NCBI GenBank assembly: GCA_017654855.1
Contig: CM030332.1
Span: forward strand, 3,224,001-3,288,000
Reading direction: 5' to 3'
Length of the DNA stretch: 64,000 nt
Source: Podospora anserina
Lineage: Eukaryota
This document shows, in pieces, positions 37,995-49,927 of this stretch. Every line of letters begins with the position of its first letter. Within the stretch, counting starts at the first letter, position 1. Made by a program: the position numbers and the translations under genes. The notes below the pieces were generated by a model. It was not told the DNA's origin. It searched no databases and saw nothing but the letters and a program-made list of their open reading frames with translations.

Positions 37995-39351
37995 TCACAT
38001 CCTTCCTATCCCACCGGGCTTCTTCTCCTCGAGAAAGTCAATCAGCTCAGTCATGTCCCCGACCTTCATCAACTCTGCCCTCTCCTGCTTGTTCAGCAAG
38101 GCGACCTTGTCTTTTTGGCTTGGGCCCATGCCTGGGGAGCACATCTCGTTGATGTGGTGCAGGACGAGCTTGAAGGGCATGGGCGCTTTGATTGTTTTGT
38201 TGAGGAAGTATTCGACTGCCTCCCAGGGGCAGGAGTTTCTGCCGGAGAAGAGGGCTGGGTTTGCGAGGAGGGCGCGGGCGGACATTAGGCCGGAGAGGTG
38301 GGGGATGTTATGCTCTGGTGGGGAAGAAGAGGAGGAAAGGGTGTTGTGGAAGGGGGAGGTGAATGGGAGGGAGTCGAGGGTGAAGACGTCGCCTGAGAGG
38401 AGGATGGGGACTTGAGTTCCGAAGGTGGAGGTTAGGATGGAGAGGGACTCGACGTTGATGGGGGTGGAGGAGGGGTTTGGCGGGTTCGGGGGTGGATGGT
38501 GAGGAAGTCGATTGGTCGGGTGGTGGTTAGGGAGCAGGGGGCGAGGAGGGTGGTTATGAAGTCGATGGTTTTTCTAAACGGGAAGGGGGGGGTTAGGATG
38601 GGGTGGAAAAGGGGAAAGGGGGTGGGGGAGGAGATGTACCGGAGATCTTTGTGGACTCGTATCTTGATGCTGACGCTCCTGCCTTTGGGGCTGTTGATAT
38701 CCTTTTCTAACCCTGAGACATCCCAGCCGTCTTGGTGGAGTTGGGATCGAGTTTCGAGGACCATGTCGCGGACTAGTTCTCGCTTTTCCATGAGGGCGGC
38801 GCCGAGGGTGGAGGAGCAGGCCCATGATTGGGGACAGCCGCAGTTGAGGTCTACTCCTGAGGCGAATGGGACGACGAGGGAGGAGGCTCGGGCGAGTTCT
38901 TGGGGGACGTTGGCGCCGAATTGGACGATGGTTGGTGGTTGGGGGCCGGCGGTGGAGATGGTGAAGTCGCTGTCGCGGGCGAATTTGTTGCGGTTGAATT
39001 CTTTGGCGAGGATCATGGGGGTCCAGCAGAGGTCGGTGCCGTAGTGGTGGACTGTTTGGCGGAAGGCGAGCTGGCAAAGGGGTTAGAATAGGGGTCGTTG
39101 TGGGATAGTGAGAGGAGGCTTGCCTTGCTGTACCGCACCATGGGGGCGGAGGTGTGTAATAGACGTTTCTCATTTTTGGCAACCTCGAAGAGTTTGAGGG
39201 GACTGGTTTATGTGAAGATGGTGGTGTAAGTGAGTGTATCTACCAGATGTGGATGGCTTACAAGCTATGAGCGAGGACAGGGGTGTAAGCGAGTAAGTGA
39301 GTGATGAGGGCCAGCTTACTGTATGAACTCTTGGTTCAGTGGGTTCGCCAT
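37995..39351 (-). CDS. DUS4: tRNA-dihydrouridine synthase, Dus4-type; 4 exons, with an apparent frameshift at about 38472-38475
   Basis: APMVRYSKLAFR, WTPMILAKEF, IVQFGAN, DLNCGCPQSW, SIKIRV and TIHPRTR. In a shifted frame: VPILLSGDVF and GLMSARALLANPALF. Confidence 0.85.
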
Positions 39352-39842
39352 TTTGAATAATTCAATTTGATTTAGTTTCAATAAGATCTCTAATGCTACG
39401 AGTTCATCTGATGGTGAGTGAGTCTTTCGTGAGCCTTGGTTTACCCCAACTCAGACTTACACAGTTGAAGCTCACCTAGGTGAGTCAAGGTCTACAAACT
39501 GGTAAGATGGTAGGATAATGGGCGCTATGCTAAGGTAGTGAGTGCACTGTTCTCCGATAACAGGTGTGCTCATTGACCCAGCTCACGGGAAACTCTGAAT
39601 CTGTTCGTGAAAAAGTTGCAGGAGTTCAGTTGACAAACTCCAGATTTTCCCCGCGAATGTGGGGGATCAGAGACTGACAGCGGGCATTTTGAGTGCTCTG
39701 ATTGGCCGAAAGTATTTTTTGCCCCTCGGTGACGAGGTTCACCCCGCCATATCAAGCATCAGGAATCAGTAATCGAGGACTTTACAAGGGCACGGTGACA
39801 TCAAATTCGAGTCATTCAACCGAAGTATAAGGTTTAGCTAGT

Positions 39843-42049
39843 ATGGATTCGGCTCCCCGTCCCAACGCCCTCAAGTCGATGGGCCATAGGCTGTCACTGA
39901 CCAAACTAAGAAGAGCGTTGAGTGGCAGGAAAAAGAAGCTTCAGGAGATCCAGGAACCCGACGAACCCTACCAGACAACACCAACAACAACCAAACCAGA
40001 GGAGGGGCAAGAAGAAGAAGAAGAAGACGACGACGACGATATGAACGAAGGAAACACTGTCATCGGCCTGCTGGGTGGAGGGCAGTTGGGCCGCATGCTT
40101 TGTGAGGCCGCGAACCCCCTGGGAATCGACATTGCCATTTTGGACGAACACAATGCGCCGGCCAAGCAGGCGCACAACACCAACCGCCACGTTGTTGGCT
40201 CTTTCAAGGACCCCGGGTGCATCAAAGAGCTCGCTGCCCGCTCTGACTATCTCTCAGTTGAGATTGAGCACGTCGACACCGAGGTGCTCGAGGACATTGA
40301 GAAGAATGGCGTCCCCGTTGAGATCAACGGTGAGGTTGTTACTCACAGACCACCAATTCACCCATCATGGAGAACTCTCCGTCTCATCCAGGACAAGTAT
40401 CTCCAAAAGGAGCACTTCAAGTCCAGCGGCAAGACGATCCCTATTGCTGAGCAAATAGCCATCGAGTCTGGCGATGCCGCCCTTGACTCGCTCAAAAAGG
40501 CTGGCAAGCAGTTTGGTTTCCCATTCATGCTCAAGGCTCGCAAGGGGAGTTATGATGGAAGAGGAAACTTCAAGGTCGACAGCGAGGATGATTTTGCGGA
40601 AGCGATCAAGGCTCTGGGAACACTGCCTCTTTATGCCGAGAAGTGGGCTCCCTTCGTCAAGGAGCTCGCTGTTATGGTCATCAGGACAGAGGACAGCGAC
40701 GGCAAGCTCAAGAACTGTGTCGCCTACCCGGCAGTTGAGACCATTCACGAGGATAGCATTTGCACCAAGGTGTTCATGCCCCCAAGAGACGTCTCTGAGG
40801 ATATCTGTGAGAAGGCGAGGAAACTTGCTACCGAGGTTATCAGCACATTGTGGGGGAGGGGTGTCTTTGCCGTAGAGATGTTCCTCCTCGAGGATGGTAA
40901 GCCATTGCACCATCAGTCTTGACGCAGCAAGCTAATACGATTTCAGCTTCTCTCATGATCAACGAGGTTGCTCCTCGCCCTCACAACTCTGGCCACTACA
41001 CTATCGAGGCAGTCCCTTACATGTCCCAGTACAAGGCTCAGCTCCACGCTGTTCTTGATCTCCCGGTCCCGGACAAGCTCATCCCCAGAGTCCAGTCCTC
41101 CATCATGCTGAACATTCTCGGTGGAGCCAAGCCAGACTCTCACCACCACCTCTCCGGTCTGGCGCGGAGCACATACGACGACGACATGGACGTCTATCTC
41201 CACCTATACAACAAGGAGTCCAAGCCTAGTCGTAAGATCGGTCACATCACCCTCACCGGATTCTGCTCAGTCCAGGAGCTCGAGGCCAAGGCGAAGCCCT
41301 TTATCGATCTCGTCGACCAAATCAGACTTGACCGCCTCGAGGCCACCTCGGAAACTCTCCGTCCTACCCAGGAGACTAACGGCTCGGCCAAGCCTGCGGA
41401 AAAAGCCCCCGTAGAACCTGCTACCGATAACCACGTTGAGGCCCAAGAGCTGTCTGCTGAGGCAGCCTCCAGTGACAAGCCCCTGGTCCTGGTAACAATG
41501 GGCTCCGACTCTGACCTCCCCGTCCTCAAAGCTGGCTTGGACATCCTGAAGGAGTTCAACGTCCCCTATGCTCTGGATATCACCTCGGCCCACCGCACAC
41601 CAAAGTACATGATGAAGGTGGCCGACGAGGCGGCTGGCAAGGGCATCAAGGTGATTATCGCTGCTGCCGGTGGAGCGGCTCACTTGCCGGGTATGATCTC
41701 TTCTGAGACGCCGCTGCCGGTGATTGGTGTGCCGGTCAAGGCTACGCACTTGGATGGGATTGATAGTTTGTTGAGTATTGTGCAGATGCCGGTATGTACC
41801 CTACCTTTTGAGTGATGATGGTGGTGGTGGCTGACAAAGAAACAGAGAGGCGTCCCTACTGCTACGGTGGGTATCAACAACTCGACTAATGCTGCGCTGT
41901 TGGCGATCAGGATCTTGGGGGCGTTTGTGCCAGAGTATCAGCAGGCTATGAAGAAATATCAGGTTGATATGGAGGAGGCGGTGATTGTGAAGGGGACTAA
42001 GTTGAGGGAGGGGGGGGATGCGGCTTATCTGGCGGGGATGAAGAAATAG
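39843..42049 (+). CDS. ADE2: Phosphoribosylaminoimidazole carboxylase; introns 40897-40946 and 41792-41845; start at 39843 or 40041
   Basis: [64 protein letters not shown] and SIVQMPRGVP. Confidence 0.97.
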
Positions 42050-42400
42050 ATGCAACGGTTGTAGGTTGAAATGTGTGCGAGTTATATCGGAGTGGGGAAA
42101 GGGGGGTACATAAAATGGTGATAGGTCCGGAGTAACCTGTAGGATGGCGAGTAGCTTTGCTTTTTCGTTTGTTCGTCCTTATCTCTCAATGTCACATTTG
42201 GCAATTTTTGACCAAGTAGTTCCACCCGGCTGCTGATGATACAAATATTTTTGCTATATCTGGTCAACTGGTTCCATCGATGAGCGTCATTCTCATTCCA
42301 GTCACAACCCCCCCACCCGGCCAGCTTCTCCTCTCAAAACATATTCACGCATGCACAAATTCCTTCTGTCATACAACAACCCTGCCCCCTTTCTCCCCTT

Positions 42401-43493
42401 TTACTGCCCAGTCTTCTTCCCGCCACCACCCACCCCCTTCTCCCCAGCCCTACTCCCAATCCCCTCGGCGATATCCTTCCAAACCCACCCCGCCCTGCAA
42501 TTCTTCTCATTCCCCTCCTGGATGTTGAACCTCCCCACCGCCCTCCACCTCCACCACTTCCTCTTCTCGTTGACCGCCGTCGTATCCCGCGTGAAATTCA
42601 CCATGCCGAAGCGCTCCCTTGTCGGCTTGAGATCAGACAGCATCATGGACGAGTGGCGGGGCGTCCCTGTCAGGCTGAGGGTGGTGATGTCGACCTGGGT
42701 GTTTGGCGGGGCTGTTTTGGCAAAACGCTGGAGGATGGGGGTCGACCAGCGGGCGTACGGCGGCAGGCGGAGGTGGATGAAGGTCACGAAGGGGGTGGTG
42801 AAGTAGCCGACGTAGAGGAGAGGGATGAGGCCGCAGGCGAGGGAGGCGAGGGGGTACTGGGGGGGGGCGCCGGATTTGATGTAGTGGGGGGTTAGGACTA
42901 GGCCGAAGCCGGCGAAGAGGAGGAGGGTTGCGAAGCGGAGGGTGCCGAGGAAGGTTGTTTCTTTGATAGGGGGGTTAGCTAAAAATGGGGATAGGATATA
43001 AGGTGGGGGAGGCGGGAGGGGGGGCTTACTGCCTGTGCCGGCGTGGTAGATCATTAGGCGTTCGGGGTATTCTGGTTGGGGGTGTTAGCTTTGATGTGTG
43101 TCAGTTGAAAGGTGATGAGGGAGATGACATACCGGTCTTTTCCTTTTTTCCGTGGCCTTGTTGCTGCTGTTGCTGTTGCTGTTGCTGCCCACCCTTGGCT
43201 TTTTCTGCTGCGGCGAGCAGGGCTTGCTCTTCGAGTGCTACGTTTTTGGTGGAGGTTTGAGAGTTGGGTCTGGATGCATAAGTTGCTCTTAGGATAAGTG
43301 AGGATTGATGACTCCCTAGTCTGAGGATTTCTGGTCTGGTTGTTGTTGTTGTTGTGGTTGTTGATGTGAGTGATGAGAGAGCTCGGGCGGTGGTAATAAT
43401 ATGAGGGTATGTTGACAGCTTGACACCTCCCCGCACCCCGTTGCTGAGCGGTGCTCGAGATAAGCCTCCAGTTAGTCTCAACTGAATTGTCAT
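42401..43493 (-). CDS. Probable mitochondrial membrane protein; exons 43493-43133, 43071-43030, 42960-42401
   Basis: Arg/Ser/Thr-rich presequence-like N-terminus, poly-Q, EYPERLMIYHAGTGKTTFL and two TM helices. Confidence 0.7.
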
Positions 43494-44271
43494 GGTTTAG
43501 AATTGGCTTGTGAAAGCAGAATCATGAGTGAACCTCTCAGAGGTAAGATGGGTAAGAATTTCCAGATTGGAGGTTTGAACGATTGATGAGTGGGTGAAAC
43601 CAATCAAATTGCTGTTTGGGAGCTGTGGTGGAAAGTGGCCCAAGCTCCTTGGACGACACATCAACTCGGCGACCACCAAGGTATTTCAGAGATGTGAAAG
43701 GAAATCTCACGTTTGACGTCTGCCAATATTCAGGAGACGGCGCCGCCTTTTTCGCTTCACTGAAGAAAGAGAGTCGATGCGGGCCGAGTTATGAGACAAC
43801 TGCTGATCAGCACGATGTCTCGCCCCCTTAACTGCTCACGGGACCTACAAGGTTCGAGATCTTTCATCTTCCCACAAAGCTCTCGCTCCTCACCATGATC
43901 GCCACTGGCACATTCCTCCAAGTTCTGACTCGGATTCAACAACAATGAGCAAGTGTCAAGATATCATCCTCTCCGCCGAGAATCTCATGGCGGCCGGAGG
44001 TTCTGAAATATTTCCAGCGGCCCCTGAAGTGTTCAGGATAAATGCCCTGAAAGCAAAGAGCGTAAAGGAACCTACCTTGTGTTTCCACGACAATCTTTTG
44101 CGATCTAGATGCCATAAAGACCCATTCAATCCCATCCCGAGATGAGAAGTTGAAGTTAGGTTTAGAGGTAGGCAGATAGCTACCGACATCTTGATCTCAT
44201 CAAGTCTCAACTTAACTTCTAACACCTGTCCACGATACTAATAACTCAGTCCTCATTGAGACTTCATCAAG

Positions 44272-44684
44272 ATGTTTGTATGTCCTTCTACCACCGCTCC
44301 GCTCTTCGCTTATTTTTCCTGACCCAAGAAACTCGGCAGTTCTACCTCCTTGCCTTTGTGACGACCGCCTTGTTGGTACTGGAAATCGTCAAATCAGGCA
44401 ACTCGTCACCGCAATCCAAGCCGGATCACCAGAACGAATTCACGACTACCTCTACTTGGAAACTCGAATGCTCGCCTTTTTCGGTTCCTGGGCGTGCTCG
44501 GAACGCCGCCCTGTGGTGTACATCGCAGCGCTTTTATTGTGATGTGGATGGAGAAACGAGATACAAGTACGCTCGGGGTCACGAATTTGATGAACGGTGC
44601 GTCAGCATGTGTCAATGCAGAAGGAATGTTGTCCCCGGAGTCGACCCCCTGTTTGACACAGAGAGGCCGGTGCGCCGTATTTAG
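44272..44684 (+). CDS. Small secreted six-cysteine protein, copy 1; exons 44272-44277, 44340-44684
   Basis: ATG TTT|GTATGT..CTGAC..CAG| then FYLLAFVTTALLVLEIVKSGNSSP. Cys spacing C-x15-C-x6-C-x19-C-x3-C-x-C. Confidence 0.75.
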
Positions 44685-45359
44685 AAAGACTAAACTTGGG
44701 GGGGAAGGGGTAGTTGTGGTTATTGTTGGAGATAATAATGGGTTTGGATTGGCCGATATGATCATGATAATGGATTTGATCTCCATCCAATTGTAGTCTT
44801 TGACTTGCACTCCCGCTTGATCAAGTGACGGTTGAGGTGGGTTCTTTCTTCTGAGGCGTACCAGTAGTAATTCAAAATGGATATCATCAGCATCGCCGAT
44901 ATCTGCACTTCCCCATCGAATTGCCTGGGCGGACCCAAGAAATCCAAGACACTTCGGAATCATTTCTTAGCCTTCGGGTCCAACCTGAAGCAAACTGGCG
45001 ATCTTCGGAACATAGTTACCGGACTGCAAGACATTGTCATCTCCGGCGAGTTCTTCAAACCTTCTTTGAAGATAAGCCACCGAGGAGAACCACAATGCGG
45101 GCCGAAACTACAAGACAGATCAACAACTAATCACCGTATCCGCAACAGGGGGTCTCAACATCGTTATGTTCATCCGAAAACGAGTCCAGTTATTCGTTTA
45201 GCTCTACAACTATAAAGGGACCGCATAGACACTCAAATTCAGACTGAACTTTTGGACCCTGCAAGCTCTTCAGTCGACAATATCAGTTCACCACAAAATC
45301 CATCTAATCACAACCTGCCTAGCTTGCTTTCTCTTGCCCTCTCGCCCAAGTCCAGCACA

Positions 45360-45739
45360 ATGAAGGTGTGTCCCTCGATAGGTAACAACTGCCAATATCC
45401 ACTTTCTGATCTAGCATGCCTATCCAGTTCTCCCTCCTCACCGTCCTCGCTATGGGCACCGCATTTCACCAGGCCCTTGCCTCGCCCGTTATGTCCGATT
45501 CAGCACCGGCCAAACGACAAGACCTTGTCACCCCGTTCGTGATCGAATGCTCACCGGGGACTGTCCCTGGTGGTGGGGACCCCAACGTCTTCTGCTCACG
45601 CAATGGGATCTCCTGCACTCTGGATGGAGAGCTGGAATGGACACCTACTACGACGGATCAAGCCCCTGAGCAAGTCTGCTTCGATATCTGCTATTGCCGC
45701 GTCAACGTCATTCTCGACCCGCCTGCCGGTGGTATTTAG
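45360..45739 (+). CDS. Small secreted six-cysteine protein, copy 2; exons 45360-45365, 45428-45739
   Basis: MK|FSLLTVLAMGTAFHQALASP...AKR-QDLV. Cys spacing C-x14-C-x6-C-x20-C-x3-C-x-C. TATAAA at about 45211. Confidence 0.85.
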
Positions 45740-46609
45740 GGGCTGATTAGAGGAATATGGCGCTTTGAAGCTGCTGTGGTGCTGAGGGGGTGGTGGTTTT
45801 GATGAAGGAGAGGTTGATGTGGGAATAATAAGGATGTTTCTGCTTTGATGGTGTGTAATAGTGGCTTGCGTTTCTTGCGGCATTTGAAGCCTAATCGGTT
45901 GATTTGGTGGCTTCTCTTATCAGCTTAGTAGCTTAGGAATCTATGTGCGTTTTGTTACTAATTCATAATCTGCTTTGTCTGATACTACAGCACTGCATAT
46001 TGGACCGTAAATTTCTGTCCAAGGTGAGAGTTATCATCGAGTTAGGGCACCCTTAAACGTTATATTCTTCCATTATGTCTCGCCTGTCCTTCTCAAGTCA
46101 AAATCTTCCGTGGGTTGAAACAATCAGAATGCAAAGCAGCATCATCTTCAAACCTTCTTAGTGGGTTACCTGCCTAACGAGAGGTGATACGGACCGAAAT
46201 ATAACACAGCACCAAGCCAAACAACTTTCCCGCACCGCTTGGTTACCTTATCCTGAATCCCATACAATTACGGTATAATGAGAATCTCGCAATCTCCACA
46301 CTGGCGATGAGGACGGTTTCTACATGACTCCCGCGTAGCAAGCTATCTTGAACACACCGATGAACTGAGACAAGGCTTGGTGCTGTCCATCTAGCGCGTG
46401 ATTGTCACTTGAAGGTCCGCAACGAGATTCAAAGAGACATGATGAACAAACCACAGCTGTGTTAATCAACAGACTCAAACCAAAGAGCCTATCAAAGACA
46501 CCAACGTCATAGACATCAGAGGGGATAACCGCCACAGGGGAGTATACCTCTTTCTCTGGCAGAGCCAGCCTACAAGGCAGCATTTTTCTCCCCTACTCTC
46601 TCCCAAGCC

Positions 46610-46877
46610 ATGTAGCTCAACTTCTCAACACAGCTTCCAGTTTCCCGCTGGGTCGGTGCTCACAAAGTGTCAGACCGTGTACCAGCTGGTATGCAACGAT
46701 GCGGTCTTGAGCACCGCCCAAGCCACCCAGCTTTGCAGACAGCTGGGCTGGACGTGCGATGAGGACGGGTCAATGGTGAAGGAGAAGGATCCAAACACAT
46801 CAACAGGAGACCTTTGCAGATTTTGTGAATGCCTGTCGTCCTACGGTATCAGCCTGGTATGTTGTGGGCTTGAATAA
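46610..46877 (+). pseudogene. Decayed copy 3 of the six-cysteine secreted protein family
   Basis: Core C-x13-C-x6-C-x19-C-x2-C-x-C with TCDEDG is retained. There is no in-frame ATG or signal peptide; ATG TAG at 46610 follows a paralog-like CCCAAG leader; KCQ replaces KRQ. Confidence 0.6.
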
Positions 46878-47385
46878 GAGAATAGGAAGGGTGGTGCTGG
46901 ATATCTGTGGTCTAATGACGACGAGGAAACTGTGGCTAGATGTGTGGGAAGTGGCGCTGGGAGAATACGAGAATGCCCATATCGCGTGTATCCGGATCGC
47001 TTGTGGCTTCTCATCCGTTTGGAACGGAATAAAAGACTCCCTATTGGCATTCTCACCTACACTGGACAAATCACGGCCCATTTGAAAATCAGACCGCGAA
47101 CAGTTTAAACCCTCCCGCTATCAGCCGGAAGCCATGGCATCAGCCCAACACCCATTGCTTCCGGCAGAGTCTCGTCGATAGATACCCCGAAACAGAAGGA
47201 ATGTACACACTAGGTAAGGTAGCCAACACGGCTGGAATGAAGACGGGTTCATCAAAAACCCTGACATCACCGCCCCGATCTGCCGGAACATAAAAAGGGT
47301 CCCAAGACAGTTTCGGTCTCACTTAACCCTCCTTCGGACAACCCACCCACCAACCCAAGAAATCTCCCAAGTCCACCGCCCAAAA

Positions 47386-47692
47386 ATGAAGAAGGTAAAT
47401 CACCCCTTCTTCCAGCCATCCCCTTCCACTAACAAAAACCATCCAGTTCACCCTCCTCACCCTCCTGGCCCTGGCCCTGGCCCAACGGCATGCCCTCGCC
47501 TCGCCCCTCGTCTCCCTCCGTCAAGACCTTGTCGTCCGGTCCTTGCGGTGCGACTTTGGCACCGCCTCCATCCAGGCCGACACGGCAAAGTGCACAGCCA
47601 AAGGCGTCTTTTGCAAAGAAAGCATCGGCGTGGTGATCACCGCCGGCACTGCCGCGGCTTACACCTGCCTGCAGCAGTGCAGCTGCGTGTAG
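47386..47692 (+). CDS. Small secreted six-cysteine protein, copy 4 (84 aa); exons 47386-47394, 47447-47692
   Basis: MKK|FTLLTLLALALAQRHALASPLVSLRQDLVVRSLRCDFGTASIQADTAKCTAKGVFCKESIGVVITAGTAAAYTCLQQCSCV*. Not in the ORF track in this frame. Confidence 0.85.
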
Positions 47693-48078
47693 CGAACCCA
47701 CAACTAGCTACCTAGCCTCTTGGAGGACATGTGTCAGGCGTTTGGGATAATGCATGTGCCCGATGATAGGCTCTTAATAATAATACAGCACTATATCATC
47801 CCGCCGTTATCCCCTTGGTGATGTTTACACCCCCCCCCCTTTTGTTCTGCTCTCCCGGCGAGATGAAGACAAAAAAAAGATTTATTTGCAAAAACCAGCC
47901 CCATCATGTCTAGATAGCTTACCATATGAGACTCTTCCATATTCAGACAGAAACAAATGACATGTCTTCCAGTTCTTTATAAACACTGTCCCCACCAGAC
48001 AAGAAGAATCTTTCTTGGAATTACTGTCGATTAGCCCCTAAGGTCAAAAACCCTTACACCTACCCAAACCAACCCCCC

Positions 48079-49551
48079 CTACTCACTCTCCTCCCCCTCC
48101 TCCCCCCCAGCATCCCTACTTTTCCTAAACCTCTCCCTCCCCGTCGCAAAAAACGCCTCCACCGTCCTCCCATCAAACTTCCTCCCGTGCATCTTGCTCA
48201 GACACTTCTCCGCCGCCTCCCGACTCCCAAACTTGACCATCACGATCCCCTCCTCCTCCTGATCATACAAAATAACATTGTTCACCTTCCCCAACGTCTC
48301 ACACTCCTCCCTGATATCATCCTTGATGTCCAACAGCGCAGCCGGATCCTCCTCCAGCTCCTCCAGCGTAAACATGTGCCTCAAAATGACAACCTTGTCC
48401 CACTTCCCCCCTCCCCCACCCACCTTTTCCTCCTCCTCATCCGACCAATCCGCCAACTTGGCCGATAACTTCTGCGTCTTCCTAATAATCTTTTGCTTAT
48501 CCTGACTGGCCTTCTTGTTGTTGTTATTACCCCCCTCCTGTTTAACCCCCCCTCCCCCCCCATTACCCCCCTCCCCATCCCCCTTTTCCTCATCATACTT
48601 CACCCTCTTATAACTCATATCCGCCGCCTGAACCCTCATTTTCGTTCCCCCCTCCCCAAATCGAAAATCCGTGTCATCTAGCAACATAATCGCCATCTCC
48701 ACGCTCTGCGGCTTGAAAAAAACCACCAGCGCGTCCCCCTTAAACTTTCCCTCCCCGTCCGTGTACATCTTGATCCTCGGCCTCCCCGAGTCAATCTCCT
48801 CGGCAATAACCCCGCACTTTCGCGAAAACAACTCGGCCACTTCTTCGACTGTCGCGTCCGACGGAAGACCAGTGACGTACACGGCCGTGTTTTGCCTTGG
48901 TTGCGGGGGCGGGCGTTGCTTCTTTTTGCTTTTTGTTGAGGTGCCATTCTGTGAGGAATCCTGTTGTGGGGGGAAAAGAAAGAAAAGGTAAAGGTATGGT
49001 TAGTGTTCTGTCCTTCGGGTTGCATAATGGTGGTGCTTTGATATCATCCAGAAAAGAGGAACGGATATATGGAGGCGAAAAAGTTTCTTTATTGTTCTCA
49101 GATTGTCTGGTGTGATATGGTGTCTTCCTTCTCTTCGCGTATAGAAACATCATCACGGAGGTAGGTAGTGAAGGAAGGATAAGAAAAAAAAAAAAAAAGG
49201 AAAACAACACACAGCACGTAGCCGATGTTGCAAAAATGGTGGTGTGTTCGCTCTTCGCGGCAAGCTTACCTCTCTATCATCCCCATACCCCATCTTCCTC
49301 TTCACACCCTGCGCCGACCCATCATCATCATCATCCACCCCGGGCACCATGTATCCCCTCTGCTGCTGCTCAATAAGCGCCTCGTCGATGATAGGGATCC
49401 AGCGCCTCAGGCCCTCGTCAAACTCGTATTCGGTGCCGTCGTCCTGAACGGCAATGTACTTGTTGTCCAGCTTCGAAAACGAGATGCGCTCGTCCTGATC
49501 AAACAGCTCCTTGTCGGTTGGAAACGTCCAGTATTCGGCTTCGGCGGCCAT
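48079..49551 (-). CDS. CUS2: U2 snRNP-associated factor TAT-SF1/Cus2/Uap2 (RRM plus UHM); intron 49269-48961
   Basis: NTAVYVTGLP, KCGVIAEEIDSGRPRIKMY, FKGDALVVF, KLADW, VILRHMFTLEEL, DIREECETLG and MHGRKFDGR. Confidence 0.9.
49010..49160 (-). ncRNA. Candidate intronic box C/D snoRNA in the CUS2 intron
   Basis: On the sense strand: GTGATGA at 49156-49150 and CTGA at 49101-49098, with further C'/D-like TGGATGA and CCGA downstream. The intron is 309 nt versus about 60 nt typical here. No guide target confirmed. Confidence 0.3.
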
Positions 49552-49927
49552 ATTGACGGATGTGGTGGTGGTCAGAAATGGTTTTGGTGTTTGTGTAAAA
49601 GGCGAAAAGAGAATCGAGGACGTGGAATGTTTTTTTTTGGAAAACAGTCGAAACCAGCATTGAGATGACGTTGCGCCGCTTGCGACAAGAAACCTGGGGT
49701 ACAGCGGCCTTGGCGCGACGGCCCCACATTGAGGTTGGAGGCCCAGAAGAAAGAGATCGGGGCTGGCACTGTTTATTTACGCATTCTACTACCCCTTGGT
49801 TCCGTGCAAAGGACAGTCTTGTTATCATTACACATCCCTATTCTATTCATGTCCGTGTTTCTCGACGAGAGGACTATAAACGTTCCCCTTATTAAAGAGC
49901 CTCAAATCCAGAAATCAAGACGTAGCT

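Noticed and set aside
43700-47100. Spacer DNA between the Cys-rich genes as possible transposon or gene relics (e.g. 44406-44963 minus, 46825-47085 plus)
   Set aside because: Could not recognise TIRs, LTRs, target-site duplications or protein motifs; would need a translated homology search.
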